NCBI GenBank assembly: GCA_045567915.1
Contig: JBJLCA010000024.1
Span: forward strand, 1-39,802
Length of the DNA: 39,802 bases
Source: Candidatus Poseidoniales archaeon
GTDB taxonomy: Archaea > Thermoplasmatota > Poseidoniia > MGIII > CG-Epi1
Direction of reading: 5' to 3'
The notes below the pieces were generated by a model. That model saw only the letters and a list, made by a program, of their open reading frames with translations, ran no database searches and was not told where the DNA came from. The position numbers were made by a program, and so were the translations under genes. Positions within the stretch are counted from its first letter, which is position 1. The number at the start of each line of letters is the position of its first letter. Below, one piece after another: positions 39,345-39,802 of this stretch.

Positions 39345-39802
39345 CTTTCCCTAACAATAGGGGCTACCTTGTTTCCTAACAAGTCAATAGCATTCATTAG
39401 TTGATCATGTGTTAATCCAGCAACGTCAAGTTGAAAGCTAAATCTTGAAAGTCCGCCAAGCGCTTCACTGTGCCTAATCACTTTTTCAGCAACTTCTTCA
39501 ACGCTTCCGACGACTAGAGCCCCTGCGGGCGTAATTTGAGATTCAAAGTGTTCCATAGTGACAGGAGGCCATCCTCTTTCACGACCTATGCGAGTAAACG
39601 ATTCTGCATATCCAGGAAAGAAATCATCGATAGCTTGTTGCCTAGTTTCAGCAACATATCCTAGTGCATGAACTCCAACTTTTAACTTTTCAGAATCATG
39701 GCCGGCTTTAATTCCTGCATTCTTGTAAAGTTCAACCAAAGGAGCAAATCGGTGTGTTTCGCCACCAATAATCGCAATCATTAACGGCAATCCTAGAATA
39801 CC
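39341..39802 (-). CDS. LLM-class flavin-dependent oxidoreductase (luciferase-like), 5'-truncated by window edge
   Basis: GLPLMIAIIGG...FAPLVELY..AG, IGRERGWPP, GALVVGS.EEVAEK, IDLLG.KVAP. The frame stays open to the window end. Confidence 0.88.
   Translation of the reverse strand, partial: GILGLPLMIAIIGGETHRFAPLVELYKNAGIKAGHDSEKLKVGVHALGYVAETRQQAIDDFFPGYAESFTRIGRERGWPPVTMEHFESQITPAGALVVGSVEEVAEKVIRHSEALGGLSRFSFQLDVAGLTHDQLMNAIDLLGNKVAPIVRES

Overview
This is an AT-rich, tightly packed archaeal chromosome segment. Gene content and an unlinked 23S rRNA point to Thermoplasmatota, most likely a marine group II/III-type lineage (inference; no database search was possible). The window holds a stand-alone 23S rRNA gene (- strand, ~2267-5226) with its own promoter, processing stem and an unusual ~50-nt hairpin expansion near its 3' end. 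It has tRNA/translation genes (arcS-raSEA, pth2, proS, a DUF531 SPOUT-like protein) and membrane quality-control genes (nfeD-stomatin, M50 protease, signal peptidase). Surface genes include a type IV pilin whose mRNA is bracketed by hairpins, a giant ~2370-aa AglB/STT3 with a ~1400-aa beta-rich extension, an LpqC-like esterase and a cupredoxin. There is also mutS and a translationally coupled tyrosine-catabolism operon hppD-hmgA-orfX-fahA. The best candidate for an undescribed system is orfX: it sits where the missing maleylacetoacetate isomerase should be but shows no GST-zeta or mycothiol-isomerase motifs that I recognise. I found no CRISPR array, tRNA, transposase or integrase.
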